Of a stretch of 64,000 nt of DNA, positions 1-12,904 are shown one piece after another. The notes under the pieces were generated by a model, which had not been told where the DNA came from, searched no databases, and saw only the letters and a list, made by a program, of their open reading frames with translations. Both the position numbers and the translations under genes were made by a program. Every line of letters begins with the position of its first letter. Positions within the stretch are counted from its first letter, which is position 1. The DNA comes from Dictyostelium discoideum (taxonomy: Eukaryota): contig CM000150.2 in NCBI GenBank assembly GCA_000004695.1, positions 256,001 through 320,000 of the forward strand, in the 5' to 3' direction.

Positions 1-271
1 GATGATGAAATGGTCACTTTCAATTGTACCAATTACACAAATTTTATCAGGAACTAAATTACCAGAAAATATAGATGTTTATCAAGCATCATCATTATGT
101 GCTACTGGTTCAATTTGGACTTATTATGCCACATTAATTTCCCCACAAAATACAGGTACAAGAATGTTAGCAGCTTGTAATGCAGCAATGGCTGCGTGTC
201 ATGGTTATAATATTTATCGTAGAACGAAATGGGAAAAAAGTCAAATTATACCAATCGAAAATAAAAATTAA
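1..271 (+). CDS. Mitochondrial pyruvate carrier (MPC2-like), 3' partial; the CDS continues upstream of the window and the stop is at 269-271
   Basis: Translation MMKWSLSIVPITQ...SIWTYYATLISPQN...YNIYRR aligns with the MPC2 core (IMKWGLV...GFIWSRYSLVIIPKNW...RIWRY). The ORF is open to the window start. Confidence 0.75.
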   Translation, partial: MMKWSLSIVPITQILSGTKLPENIDVYQASSLCATGSIWTYYATLISPQNTGTRMLAACNAAMAACHGYNIYRRTKWEKSQIIPIENKN

Positions 272-534
272 TTAAATGTAAAAAAAAATAAAAATAAAAA
301 ATAAAATTAAATAACAATAAATAGCGAAAAGTTGTAATTTAAACAATATTATTCTCCTCAAAATAAAATAAAATAATATATTTATTCTCAAAATAATCCA
401 ACATATATTGATTAGAATAGTGGATATTCATTTTTCATAATTCTATCACTTTTAAGTGTGTTAAGACAGTGTATATATATTTACAATTGAAAGAGAAAGA
501 GAGAGAGAGAAGTTTATTTTAATTTAATTTTTAT

Positions 535-1366
535 TTATAATCTTCTTTTCTCTTTTTTAACAGTTTTTTTCTTTTCTTCATCTCTTTTTTGTTTTTCTAA
601 AGCTTCTTTATCACGCTGAACTTTTTTTTGATGTTCAATCTTTGATTTCTCTCTTTTTGCTTTCTCTTCATCAGCGATTCTCTTTGCATTTAAATTTTCA
701 CCTAAACCAGATTCAATCTTATTATCTTCAATCTTTTTCTTTTCAATATGATCAGATAAAATAATATCACCATTTTCATCAACATCTTCTTCATCATACC
801 CATATTTTGATAATAATGCATCTCTTTTCTTTTGTTCTTCTCTTGACATTTTATGATATGGACTATTTTTTTATTTTAAAATCAAAGCAAAAAAAAAAAA
901 ATATGATAAGATATATATATTAGTTTTTTTTTATTTTTTTATTTAAAAAATATCTTGTATTTTATTTATATATCTTGTTTTTTATTTTTATTTTTTATTT
1001 TTTTTTGTTTTTTGTTTTTACATACTTTTCATATTTTTCTTCTTCATTAATTTCAGATTGAGTTGTTTCTTTAATTTTTAATTCTTGTTCTAATTTTAAA
1101 TTTGTTAATTTTAATTTATTTTCAGTTTCTTTATCATCGATAATCTCTTTATGTCTAATTAACATTTCATTACAAAATGATGTTGAATCTTTTTCAGTTA
1201 ATGATTCAAGAAATTCACTAATTGATTCTTTTTTTTCATCATCATTAGATGATGAATCTGAAATAATACCAAATATATATTCAACAACCATTGATGAATC
1301 ATCAGTTTCAAATTCCTTTAATGATTTTTCAATATATTCTTTTAATTCTTTTTCTTTTCTACTCAT
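535..1366 (-). CDS. CCDC43-like coiled-coil protein, 2 exons (approx 1366..1018 and 862..535)
   Basis: Exon 1 (MSRKEKELKEYIEK...EYIFGIISDSSS...FLESLTEKDSTSFCNEMLIRH) matches the human CCDC43 N-terminal region (YILGILQEEEE...ILSAFLEEDSLLNICKEIVERW). Exon 2 (MSREEQKKRDALLSKYGYDEEDVDE...EKRRL) matches CCDC43 SEEEKQRKAALLAQYADVTDEEDE plus its basic tail. A gtatgt donor sits near 1020 and an atag acceptor near 863, both on the minus strand. Confidence 0.7.
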
Positions 1367-1509
1367 TCTAAATAAATTTATAATTATAATGTATTATTAT
1401 TTATTTTATTATTATTATTTATTATTATTATTATTTCGTAAAAACAAAAATAAAAAAAAAAAAAAGATATTTTTTGGTGTTTTTGTGTAAATTGGGAAAA
1501 AAATTAAAA

Positions 1510-1557
<48 letters not shown>

Positions 1558-1710
1558 AAAAAACATTGAAAAACATTGAAAAACTAAAAATAATTTTAAA
1601 GGATAAAGTAATTGTTGTTTAAACTAAAAAAAAATAAATAATTGTTTATTCTTTATAAAAAAAAAAAAATAAAAAAAAATATAATATATTATTATTATTA
1701 TTAATTATTA

Positions 1711-2721
1711 TTAATCTCTCCAAGTTACATCAACTTGATCAGTTCTAAAACGTTGAGTTGTAGTTGTTTGAGATAATGGAGTTGTAGTACCATTTTTAAA
1801 AATTAAATAACCAGCCCAAGCAATCATAGCTCCATTATCAATACAATAACGTTCATCAATTGCAAATGATTTACCATTACGTTGAGAGATCATTTGTTGA
1901 ATCATCTCTTGTAAACGTTGATTACAACCAACACCACCAACTGCTAAAACTTCATTTTGACCACAATGTGCCAATGCACGTTCAGCAGTTTCAACCAACA
2001 TTGAAAATAGATGTTCTTGTAAACTATAACATAAATCTTCCACACTATGTTGAGTCTTGTTTTGTTTATTCTTTACCATACCTTCAATTGAGGAAAGTAT
2101 ACCACTGAATGATACATCCATACCTTTGGTTATATATGGTAGCTCTATTAAATTCTTACCTTTCTTTGCCAACTGTTCAATGTTGTAACCTGGTGATGGG
2201 TCATTTGGAATTTGAATTACTCTTGCGAATCTATCCAAACAATTGCCTACTGCAATATCAATGGTTTCGCCAAAGATACGATACTTTTTTAACGAGTATG
2301 AGATCACTTGGGTGTTACCACCACTAACATATAGAATTGTTGGATCAACAGCACCTGTAATTAAACGACCCATCTCTATATGAGCTATACAATGATTGAC
2401 TGCAACGATTGGTCTATCCCAAAGTTGTGATAACATTCTAACTGTAACTGCAACTGATCTCAATGGTGGTCCCATACCTGGTCCTTTTGTATATGCTAAA
2501 CAATCGATATCTGATGGTTTCAATTTCGATTCTTCCAATGATTTCTCAACTAATGATAATATAAATGATCTATGATGTTTGGCTGTATCTTTTGGTAAAA
2601 ATCCTTCTCCTGGTGGTGTTATAAATGTATGTCTAATATTTGATAAAATTGTACCATCATCTTTAACAATACCAATACCTAATTTATTGGCACTACCTTC
2701 AAATCCCATAATATATACCAT
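1711..2721 (-). CDS. osgep: tRNA N6-adenosine threonylcarbamoyltransferase (OSGEP/Kae1 family), single exon
   Basis: 336-aa ORF with strong full-length similarity to Kae1/OSGEP ([19 protein letters not shown]..., [31 protein letters not shown]). Confidence 0.9.
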   Translation of the reverse strand: MVYIMGFEGSANKLGIGIVKDDGTILSNIRHTFITPPGEGFLPKDTAKHHRSFILSLVEKSLEESKLKPSDIDCLAYTKGPGMGPPLRSVAVTVRMLSQLWDRPIVAVNHCIAHIEMGRLITGAVDPTILYVSGGNTQVISYSLKKYRIFGETIDIAVGNCLDRFARVIQIPNDPSPGYNIEQLAKKGKNLIELPYITKGMDVSFSGILSSIEGMVKNKQNKTQHSVEDLCYSLQEHLFSMLVETAERALAHCGQNEVLAVGGVGCNQRLQEMIQQMISQRNGKSFAIDERYCIDNGAMIAWAGYLIFKNGTTTPLSQTTTTQRFRTDQVDVTWRD

Positions 2722-3065
2722 TTTTCAAATTATTTCAATTATTTATTTAATTAATCTTTTAAAAAAAAAATAAAAAAATAAAAAAATAAAAAAACTAAAA
2801 AAAAAAAAAAAGTGAAAATTTTTTCATTTAATCTTTTTGTTTAAAAAAAAAAAAAAATATATTTAAAATAAAAATAAAAATTATTTTTAAAATTTAATAA
2901 ACAATAGAAATAAATGACTTTTTTTTTTTCAATAATGAGAAAAAAAATTTCTTTATTATATTTACAAGATTCTATTAATGATTATCTTTTTGATTTTTTG
3001 ATTTTAATTTTAATTATCTTTTTTTTTTTTTTTTTTTTGATTTTTTTTTTTTTTTTTTTTTTTGT

Positions 3066-4046
3066 TTAAGGAATTTCATTTAATAAATTTAAAATTTCAG
3101 TAAAAGAAGGACGTTTTAAAGGATCTTGATGCCAACAAGCTTGAATTAAATGAGATAATTGATAAGGCCAAGCATTTGGAATTGGTGGACGTAATGATTT
3201 TGTAGTGACAGCCAAAGCCAATTGAACGGAATCCAAACCAGAGTAAGGTAATTCACCAGTTCCCAATTCCCAAAGGATGATACCAAATGCATAGACATCA
3301 ACTTTTTCAGTGTAATCCTCACCCATCAATAACTCTGGAGACATCCAAATTGGGGAACCAATGGATTTTGTCATTTCCGTTGATTTACTCTTTAGTTTTG
3401 ATAGACCGAAATCACAAATCTTGACATTCATATGTTCATCCAATAAAAGATTTAAACTCTTGATGTCACGATGAATGACGCCACTAAGATGAAGGTAATT
3501 CATACCTTGAGCGATTTGAATGGCCAATTTCTTGTAGAGTTGCATATTCATTTTAATCTTTTTAGAGTGTAAAGCGTCATACAATGATCCACCAGGTAAA
3601 TATTCAGTGATAAAACATAGATTTGGTGGTGCAGTACATGCTGCCATCAATAATACTATATTTGGATGTCTTAATCTAGATAGGATGGTCAATTCTTTTC
3701 TAAACTCCTCCAATACTTGATTGTTTACATCCTCATTGATTTTAATTTGTTTAATAGCAACTGAACTTCCTCTCCATAATCCTTTATATACAACTCCAAA
3801 TGTTCCTTCTCCAAGTTTACTTGATATCTTTAACTCTGAAAATGAAATTTCAATATCTGAAAAATATTGTTGTTGTTGTGACGGTGGTTCTACCACGCTA
3901 CCACTATTCTTTAATATATTACCTTGATTATTATATTGATTTGGACTATGATTATTTATTAAATGATTATTTTGATTTTGATTATGATTAAATATATTAT
4001 TTTGATTATTATTATTATTATTATTATTGTGATTATTATTGTTGTG

Positions 4047-4145
<99 letters not shown>

Positions 4146-5816
4146 TTGGTTATTATTTTGATTATTAAATTGTTGTATATTATTTAAAATGTTATTTCCT
4201 AGTGGACTATGATTAACTACATTATTATTATTAAATAAACCAAAACTATTATTAAAATTGCCATCCAATGGACTATTATTATTACTTGTATCTTCAAAAT
4301 AAATAAATGGTTGGTGTTGTGGTTGTGGTTGTGGTTGTGGTTGTTGTTGGTATTGTTGTTGTTGTTGTTGATGATGTTGTTGTTGTTGATATTGTTGCTG
4401 TTGTTGATTATTATTTTGATTATTTTGGTTGTTATTTGTTAATTCATCAATTTCAGATAAGAAAAGATGTTGGGACTCAATTGGTGGTGAGGATTGTAGT
4501 TGTGATGATGGTGGTGGTGGTGGTTTGAAAAGATTTTCAAAGGGTATAATATTTAAACCTATATATTGAACAAATTCATGAAAAGGTAAAGTTGTAAGAG
4601 GTAAAAGAGAGGCATCAGCACCAAATAAAGATAATTTTAAAGTTGAAACTCCACCGGTTTTATTATCTTTAACAGAGTTAAAAACATCTATTATATGACA
4701 TGCTTGTTGTGGTGAAAATTTACGAATATTAATATTTGTAGAACTTGCTCCATTTGCCAAACTACGTAAAATTGGTGGTGTACTAGGTATATTAATATTA
4801 TTGGTATTATTATTATTGGTATTATTATTATTATTAATATTATTAAGATTAGTATTATTAATTATTATTGTTGAACCATTATTTGAACCACCTGAACCAC
4901 TTGTACCATTACCACTACTACCTCCACTTCCACTATTACCACCACCACTACCACTATTACCACCACCACTACCACTACCACTATAGACCATTGATTTTGT
5001 ATAGGAATAAGTTTCAATCATTTGTTTAAGTGTTAATGATAATATCATATTTGGTGATTGAACTTGAGGTAAAGCATTTGGATACAATAAACCCAGTGAA
5101 AATAAAAACTGTGAATTAGGTGATGGTGAAATATCTGGATATAGACCTGTGATATATCGTATCAATTGTTGAAATGATTTTAAATAACCTTTACCTTCAT
5201 CCATTTGTGTGAAATGATGATAACAAAAATAAATCTCTTCCCATCCCATATCTTTAAAACTTCCAACACTAACATCTGATAAACTAAATTCATCAAATGA
5301 ACTATTTCTTTGATGATGTCCACGTATAAAATTCATTTTACTTTGTTGTTGTTGTTGCTGTATTTGTTGTTGTTGTTGTTGTTGTATTTGTTGTTGTTGT
5401 ATTTGTTGTTGTTGTATTTGTTGTTGCTGTATTTGTTGCTGTATTTGTTGTTGTTGTTGTTGTTGGTGTTGTATTTGATGTTGTTGTGGCTGTGGTTGAT
5501 TATTATTTTGAATGATTTGAATTTGTTGTGCTTGTTGATGTTGATGATGAGATATATGCTGTATTATATGATTTTGGTTCATGTTTGGTGATAATCCACC
5601 AAAATGTTGTTGATGAATTTGATGTTGTTGGTGTTGAAAGTTACTTATATTTATATTTATTCCATTATTATTATTACCATTGTTATTATTATTATTGTTA
5701 TTATTATTATTATTATTTAATGCATTACCACCAATTGGTGCTATGACAGGACTTGAATTCCCAAAATAAACATTTGGAACTAAATATTGGTTTTGATAGA
5801 ATCCTCCCCCTTTCAT
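3066..5816 (-). CDS. Serine/threonine (TKL-type) protein kinase with a long N/Q/G-rich low-complexity N-terminal region
   Basis: 916-aa ORF. The C-terminal kinase domain carries GEGTFGVVYKG, AIK, HRDIKSLNLL, DFGLS, SPIWMSPE and DVYAFGIILWEL. The N-terminus has poly-N, poly-Q and (GSG)n tracts. Confidence 0.85.
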
Positions 5817-6136
5817 GTTATTCTGTTTATATGTAAAATGCTCTAAACTTTTACACTTTTCTATTATAATGGGTATTGTAATATTTTTATAATTTTTTTT
5901 TTTTTTTTTCTTTATTTTTCTACTTTTTTTTTTTTTTAAAAAAAAAATAAAAATTAAAAATAAATTAAAATAAAGAAAAAAAAAAAAGAATAACCTAAAA
6001 GAGGAATTTATTATTATACTGTATTATTATTATATTTCCCTTAGGCTAATGAAAAAAAAAGAGAGAGAAAAAAAAAAAAAGAAAAGAGAAAAAAAAAAAA
6101 AAAAAAGTGTTAGTGTCAGTTAAAAAAAAAAAAAAG

Positions 6137-6189
<53 letters not shown>

Positions 6190-6301
6190 TAAGTGATTAA
6201 ATGTTGATGATAATGATAATAATTCTTTTGAAACTTCTGTTATTTATATTGTAATTATAATTCTTTAATTTTACTTTTTTTTTTTTTTTTTTTAATTTTT
6301 T

Positions 6302-6333
<32 letters not shown>

Positions 6334-6679
6334 AAAATATATTTAGAACCATATATTTGAAAAATTTTAAAAAATATATCCTATATATAAATTTATAAAT
6401 TTACAATGCGACTAATATTAAATATATTTATATATTGTAATGATATAGTAAAATAATGTATATGTTTTTTATCTATATATTTTTTTTATTTTTTTTGTTG
6501 GTTTTTTTTTTTTTTTTTTATTTTTTTTTTTAATTTTTATTTTATTTTTTTTTTATTTTTATTTTTTTTATTTTTTTTTTATTATTTTTTTATTTTTTTT
6601 TGAATAAATTGGGACTATTTTAAACACAACTAAAAAAACATTGCAATTTTGTGTGTATGTGAAAATAATATTAGAACCT

Positions 6680-6725
<46 letters not shown>

Positions 6726-6749
6726 AAAAAAAAAAACCAAAATTAATGG

Positions 6750-6782
<33 letters not shown>

Positions 6783-6802
6783 AAAAATTTTAAAAATGAT
6801 TT

Positions 6803-6840
6803 TGACTAGTCCTAGGACCTGAGATCTTGCCGATTTGAGT
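6803..6840. other. Isolated GC-rich island with three adjacent palindromic hexamers (ACTAGT, CCTAGG, AGATCT) inside a 1.4-kb A/T desert
   Basis: gactagtcctaggacctgagatcttgccgatttgag. The surrounding 5.8-7.2 kb is almost pure A/T homopolymer. Confidence 0.4.
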
Positions 6841-6950
6841 TAAATTTTCCTTTATTTTGGATACAAGTTTTTATTTTATTATTTGTCATATTACAAAATT
6901 TTAAATAAAGTTAATTTATTTGTTGCAATCAAATTAAAATAAATTTCATG

Positions 6951-6985
<35 letters not shown>

Positions 6986-7084
6986 TGTGTGTGTGTTAGA
7001 TATAAATATCACACCTATTTATTATTTATTGAAAATAAAAATAAAATAAAAATTTATTCTTAATTATTATATTATTATCCATTG

Positions 7085-7118
<34 letters not shown>

Positions 7119-7216
7119 AAAAGAAAATTATTTATTTTTTATTTTTTATTTTTTTATTTTTTTCTATTTTTATTTTTTATTTTTTTATTTTTTTATTTTT
7201 TTTATTTTTTTTATTT

Positions 7217-9817
7217 TTAAAGATAACCTTCAGATAAAACCAATTTCGTAATAATATCAATAATGATTGAAGAGGAAGTTGAATAAGATGGTTGATCAAT
7301 TTTTTGTTTTAATAAATGATTGAATAAGATTCTGATCTCTTTTAATAATACAATGATTTTACCAGAGGTAGCTTTAAATTTCAGCCATTTATCGAGGGAA
7401 ATGGTTTGATAGGATTTATCGATTTCAATATTACCACCCAAAGAGAATAATAGTAAAGTTAGGGGAGATAGATTTGTAATATGATGAAGGAATAGTTTCG
7501 AAGTTTTAACCTTATCATTGTAGATAATGAAAGGGTAAACCCATTCACCCTCTTTAAAGTTTGTTGATCTTGGATGAATGAAAACTCTTTCCAATGGTTT
7601 TCCAGGACCACAATTTGGAGGTTTAGTGAGTAATAGCAATGATTCCGGAGAGTATTTATTCTTTATAGCACCACTTGCAGTTTGGCTATACTTTGCATCT
7701 GGATAATCGATTCTTGCAATCTTTGGATACATACCAGCACATAATACACTTGTAATGATTTTACTCTTACTTGAATTTGAATTATAAATATAACCAACAA
7801 ATTCATCAATACAATCATTTGAATAATTGTTACCCTTTTGCTGTTGTTGTTGTTGAAGTTTTGCAATTTTCTTTGCAGTTATTGATTGTGGTAAGAAACC
7901 AATCTCTGATAGAATTTCAACAAATTGTAATTTCAAATCTTGAATAGTACGTAGTGTTGGTATTGATAAGTAATTTTCACGACAAAATTGATATTCATTA
8001 CCATCTTGTATTGATTTTCTCCATGAATTATAAGCATTGATAAGAGTTTGATGATCTGATTGATTTGGTGATGAAAATTTATCCATTGGACGTATAGTTT
8101 TATCAGGTGGATTTAAAAATGGTGATTTATAATTTAATGTTGCAGCAATTGTTAAAATTGGATCTAAACATCTAAATATACAACCAAATAATAACATTTT
8201 ACCAATATAAACATCAACTGGTAAACTTGCTAAATGATAACCTAATGGTGTTAATTCTTGTTGCTGTTGTTGATTGATTTTTAAAGCATCAATTGAAATT
8301 AATTCATTAATTGATGATTGAATTTGTTCAGAACTTGGTGGTTCAATTGCACGATTTAAAAAGTCTTGAATGGTTGTATTTTTATTATTTTTTAAGAAAA
8401 GTTTAACATGAAGACAAAGTTGTTGAAGTGAAGTTCTCAATATCTCTGGTGTATCTTGATCTTGAAGTTGTGATTCCATTGATTTAGTGAAAACCTTAAA
8501 ACATAAACCAGAGGAGGTACGACCTGCACGACCAGCTCTTTGACGACATGATGCTTTCGAAGTCCATTCTTCAGACATTACAGAGTTACCAGTGATAGAA
8601 TTAAATGTCATTTGATTGACTCTACCACAATCTACAACGATTTCAACATCTTCAATGGTGATAGAAGTTTCAGCTATATTTGTAGCTATTACAACTTTGA
8701 CCCTACCATTTGGTGCTTTTTCAAATACTTTTTGTTGATCCTTTGGTGATAATGAACTATGTAATGGTACACACCAAATTCTTTGACAAATAGCTTCAGT
8801 AAACGTTGAAATTGGTTTACCTAATCTTGAACATAACTCTAAAATATCCGATAAACCTGGTACAAACACTAATATTGATTTATCTTTTTTTAAAACTCCA
8901 TTAACCAAATGTAAAATCAATGATTCAACAACATCTAAATTAATTCTTTTTTGATCAATACTAATTTTTAATTGATTTAATTTATTATTTAAAATTTCTT
9001 CTTCATCTTCATTTGTATCATTTGTAGTTGTTGTTGTAGTTGTAGTAGTGGTTGTTGTAATTGAATCTTTATAGTTTGGATTATATTTATTAATTAATGG
9101 TAAAACTTCATTAATATAAATATTTTTAACAGGAAAAGTGAAACCAGGAATTGAAAAAATACTATCATCAGTACATTTGAAATAGTTTGCAATTTGTTTA
9201 GCATTTAAAGTTGCAGACATTAAAATGATTTTCAAATCTTTACGTTTTGAAATGATTTCTCGTAAAATGATTAATAAAAAGTCATTATCAGTTGAACGTT
9301 CGTGAACTTCATCAATGATGATATGTGATAGATCAGAGATGTTTGATACATCCAATATTCTTCTTAATAGAATACCGGTGGTACAAAACAATAGTCTGGT
9401 GGATTGCGACCTCTTTGATTCATTTCTAATTTGGTAACCAACCAAACCTCCAATTGAGTTCTCAACAGTACCACAATTCCATTCATAGGAAACTCTCTCT
9501 GCCACACCAATAGCTGAGATTCTTCTAGGTTGTGTACAAACTATATTACACTCTGATCCTTTCTCTTGGGAAATGAATGATTCTAAAATGTATTGAGGAA
9601 TTTGAGTACTCTTACCACAACCAGTCTCTGCTGTAATAACAACGACTTGATTCTCTTGTAAACATTTTAAAAATTCTTTCTTTCTCTTAAAAACTGGTAA
9701 TGATTCTCTCTTTTTAATCACACCTTTATCAACTTTAATTAATCTATCATATTCATTCTTTAATTCTTTATTAATTTTTAATTTTTCTTTTTCATTTAAT
9801 ACTTTTTTATAATTATA

Positions 9818-9874
<57 letters not shown>

Positions 9875-10426
9875 TTGTTGTTTTTGTACTTTATTATTAT
9901 TCTTTAAAGTTTCAATATTATTTGAATTATTATTATTATTATTTGAATTATTCGTATTATTATCAATTATAATTGGAGTATTAAGTGGTTTTAATTTATT
10001 TGATAAAATATTTGAAATATTTTGATCCAACCAAGATATTATATTAAAAATCATTGGATTACCAATTGATGATTGTAATTCATTTAAAATTGAACGAATA
10101 ACTATTTGATTTGTAATTGGTGTTGATTTTGCTGATGAAAAAGTTATAATTGGTAATTGAAATGGATAAGTAATTAATGATGTTGGTAAATAGATATTAC
10201 ATTTAAATGATGATGATGGTGATTGACCATTATAAATAATATGTTGATTATTTGAACTAAATTCAATTTCATTATTCATATAAATCGATTGTAATGCTAA
10301 TATTTCATTTTCAATAATTTCTTTACTTTGTTCTTTAATGTCATCATCATTTGTAAATTGATTATTATTGTTATTATTTTCATTTAATTTAAATAAATTT
10401 AAATAAACTTTAAAGAATACTATTAA

Positions 10427-10470
<44 letters not shown>

Positions 10471-11299
10471 TGATATCATTATAAATTGATTTTGTATTAT
10501 TTATAAGTTTTATAGTATCTCTTGGTAAAATGGCTAAATTTTCAAATTCACTTTTAGTTTTATTATAGATTGGTTTATTTGGTTCAATTAAAAGTGAAGG
10601 TAATGGTGATTGATTGATATCAATCTTATCAATACCAATTGTTTTTGGTCTAAAATGTTCTGGTAATTGTGAATTTGATACATTTAAACATAACCATTCA
10701 ATTATACCATGAATATTATTATGATCACAAACATTTACCAATGCTAATAAAATATCTTCCTTTTTAAATCCCAATTCAACCAATGTTGATAAAATAATCT
10801 CTTTTTCTTTTTCATCCAATTGTTTTCTTTCTTCATATGTTGATGTTGATGCTATATCACTACTACTACTACTAACATCATTTTGACATAACTCCAATAC
10901 TAGGGAATGTACAATTCTCATTGCTTCTTCAGACATATGAATTTGTGGTATCATTTGAGTATGAGTTCTAACTGGTTCCGCATTTTCAGCTTCAAATTTT
11001 AATTGTTGTTCTAAAAGTAGACGTTGCTTTTCTTCCTCTTGTTTTGATTCTTGATCTAATTGCATCCAAAAGGGTGTATATTCTGGTGGGAATAATTTAT
11101 AAATAGTTGTATTACCACATAAACTAAAGAGTGCTACCAATGCTGTATATGATTTCGCCTCTTGTGTAGTATCGTATATTGTCGTCGTTATATATTCTTT
11201 CTCGGTGATTTGTTTCTTTTTACCTTCAAATTTTAATATAACCTTAAATTTATGTTTACCTGGTTTACTCTTTACTTCTATATAATTTGGTCTATCCAT
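7217..11299 (-). CDS. DEAH-box ATP-dependent RNA helicase, DHX57/DHX36-like, with UBA-like and RWD-like N-terminal domains
   Basis: 1360-aa ORF. Helicase motifs are GCGKSTQ, DEVHERS, SATL and a QRAGRAGR-like block, followed by an HA2/OB C-terminus. There is a UBA-like segment (LGFKKEDILLALVNV...IIEWLCL) and an RWD-like segment (ILALQSIYMNNEIEF). Poly-D and poly-N insertions are present. Confidence 0.88.
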
Positions 11300-11402
11300 T
11301 TGATTCTTTTGACAATATTCATTCTTTTTTTTTTTTTTTTTTTTCAGTTAATAACTTACAAAAAAATAAGGGAAAAAAGAGAGAATAATGATATTAATAT
11401 AT

Positions 11403-11660
11403 TCAACTTACTAAATATTGAACAGGTTGTTTACCTGTCCATCTTGGTTTCTCTGGTGCCAATGGTAAACCAGTTGTTGGTGCCACTACTGAATCTTTTA
11501 CTCCACTAACCTTTCCACCCTTTTTATCTGATGTTGGTGGTACTGGTGCACTTGTCTCTTTTTTTCCTCCTTTTCCGCCTTTATCAGGAGTTGGTGCTGG
11601 TGCACTTTTACCACCTTTACCTGTTGGAGGTGGGGGTGTTGGTGTTGATCCTTTTGCCAT
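11403..11660 (-). CDS. Hypothetical small Pro/Gly/Lys-rich protein (85 aa)
   Basis: ORF MAKGSTPTPPPPTGKGGK... uses Dictyostelium-like codons (cca, ggt) and is markedly GC-richer than its flanks. It lies immediately upstream of the helicase start. I see no homolog. Confidence 0.3.
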   Translation of the reverse strand: MAKGSTPTPPPPTGKGGKSAPAPTPDKGGKGGKKETSAPVPPTSDKKGGKVSGVKDSVVAPTTGLPLAPEKPRWTGKQPVQYLVS

Positions 11661-12065
11661 CTATCTATCTATCTCCTATCTCTACTTATTAACTATTAGG
11701 AAAAATAATAAAGTAGTTCAAAAAAAAAAAAATGAAAAAAAAAATAAAAAAAATAATTCAATTTTGCGAAAAAGCAAAAAATTTTCATTTTTTTCCTTTT
11801 ATTTTTTTATTTTTTTTTTTTAAATTATCATTTAATTTATTTTTATATTTTTTTATATGAATTTAGTATATATATAGATAAATAGAGGACTCAAAAATAC
11901 AAAATGAAATAAAATATAAAAAAAAATGAATGTAAAATTCAATTTTTTTTTTTTTTTTTTCTCTTAAATTAAAAAGTAAATTTTAAAAATCAGGTTCAAT
12001 GGCATTATATAATGTTAAAGCAGTATCAAGATATGAAGATTTAGAGAATGTAAATTCAAAATTTA

Positions 12066-12108
12066 AGAAAAAGAAAAAGAAAAAGAAAAAGAAAAAGAAA
12101 AAGAAAAG
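12066..12108. repeat. (GAAAAA)n microsatellite
   Basis: Direct reading: aagaaaaagaaaaagaaaaag... Confidence 0.8.
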
Positions 12109-12182
12109 AAGAAGTGAAAAACTTGAAAAAACTTATTATAGAAAGAGTACAGCAACTCATATATAGGGAATAAACGAAATTT

Positions 12183-12322
12183 ATGATAATATGATAACGA
12201 ATCAATATTTAGACAATCTGTCAAAAGATTTGATAAGGATTTATTCAAATATTATATTATATTTGAATAAATCCTTATCAAATCTTTAAATAGATTGTCT
12301 AAATATTGATTCATTATCATAT
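12183..12322. repeat. Imperfect inverted repeat (about 65-bp arms, center near 12258) capable of forming a long hairpin
   Basis: Arm 1 is tgataacgaatcaatatttagacaatctgtcaaaagatttgataaggatttattcaaatat. Arm 2 is atatttgaataaatccttatcaaatctttaaatagattgtctaaatattgattcattatcatat. Arm 2 is the reverse complement of arm 1 apart from a few mismatches. Confidence 0.7.
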
Positions 12323-12904
12323 AATCAGCTTTGGATAAATTAAGATCAATGATATAATCAATTATTTCAAAATATTATAAAGATGAAAATGATTAATCAT
12401 TCGATGTATAAATATTGTTCCAATGTCACTGGTGGGAATTCAGATCAATCATTTCAACTAATTATACAAATCGTACCATTAATAATGTTACTCGCCCAAT
12501 TAGAACACTCAAAGAGTGTGTAAATCAAACACTTAAAGAGAACGACTTACAAAGAAAATTCAAAGATTAGCTATCACAGGTACTTCACTCTTACTTGGCT
12601 CATGAGGGTCACGGCACCTTTTAATAATAATAAAAAAAAAAATTCAATTTAAAATTATAGATAATAATAATAATTAAAATCAACTAATACCAATTTAAAT
12701 TTGTAGGACATCTTCATGGTACAAAACAAGTCAAATTTCAAAAAAAAAAAAAAAAAAAAAAAAAAACTAAAATAAAACAAATATCAAAATAAATATAATA
12801 AATGGGATTATTTAATTTATTTTTTTATTTTTAAAAAATCATTTAAAAATGTATCACACTATATTTTGAAATTTCACAATTATTTTGATATATATTAGTA
12901 GTTG

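Noticed and set aside
3721-5746. Plus-strand ORFs (3721..3927, 3800..3991, 3963..4187, 4307..4528, 4801..4986, 5310..5591, 5528..5746) full of poly-I, poly-V, poly-L and poly-Y
   Set aside because: They are antisense read-through of the (AAT)n/(CAA)n/(ACC)n coding repeats of the minus-strand kinase gene 3066..5816. They are homopolymeric with no start context.
7663-7866. 67-aa minus-strand ORF inside the helicase gene
   Set aside because: It is an alternative frame of the larger, well-supported helicase CDS.
12540-12600. U6 snRNA-like agattagc motif in caaagattagctatcacagg
   Set aside because: Only an 8-nt match. The flanking sequence does not resemble the highly conserved U6 core (ACAGAGAAGATTAGCATGGCCCCTGCGCAAGGATGACACG).
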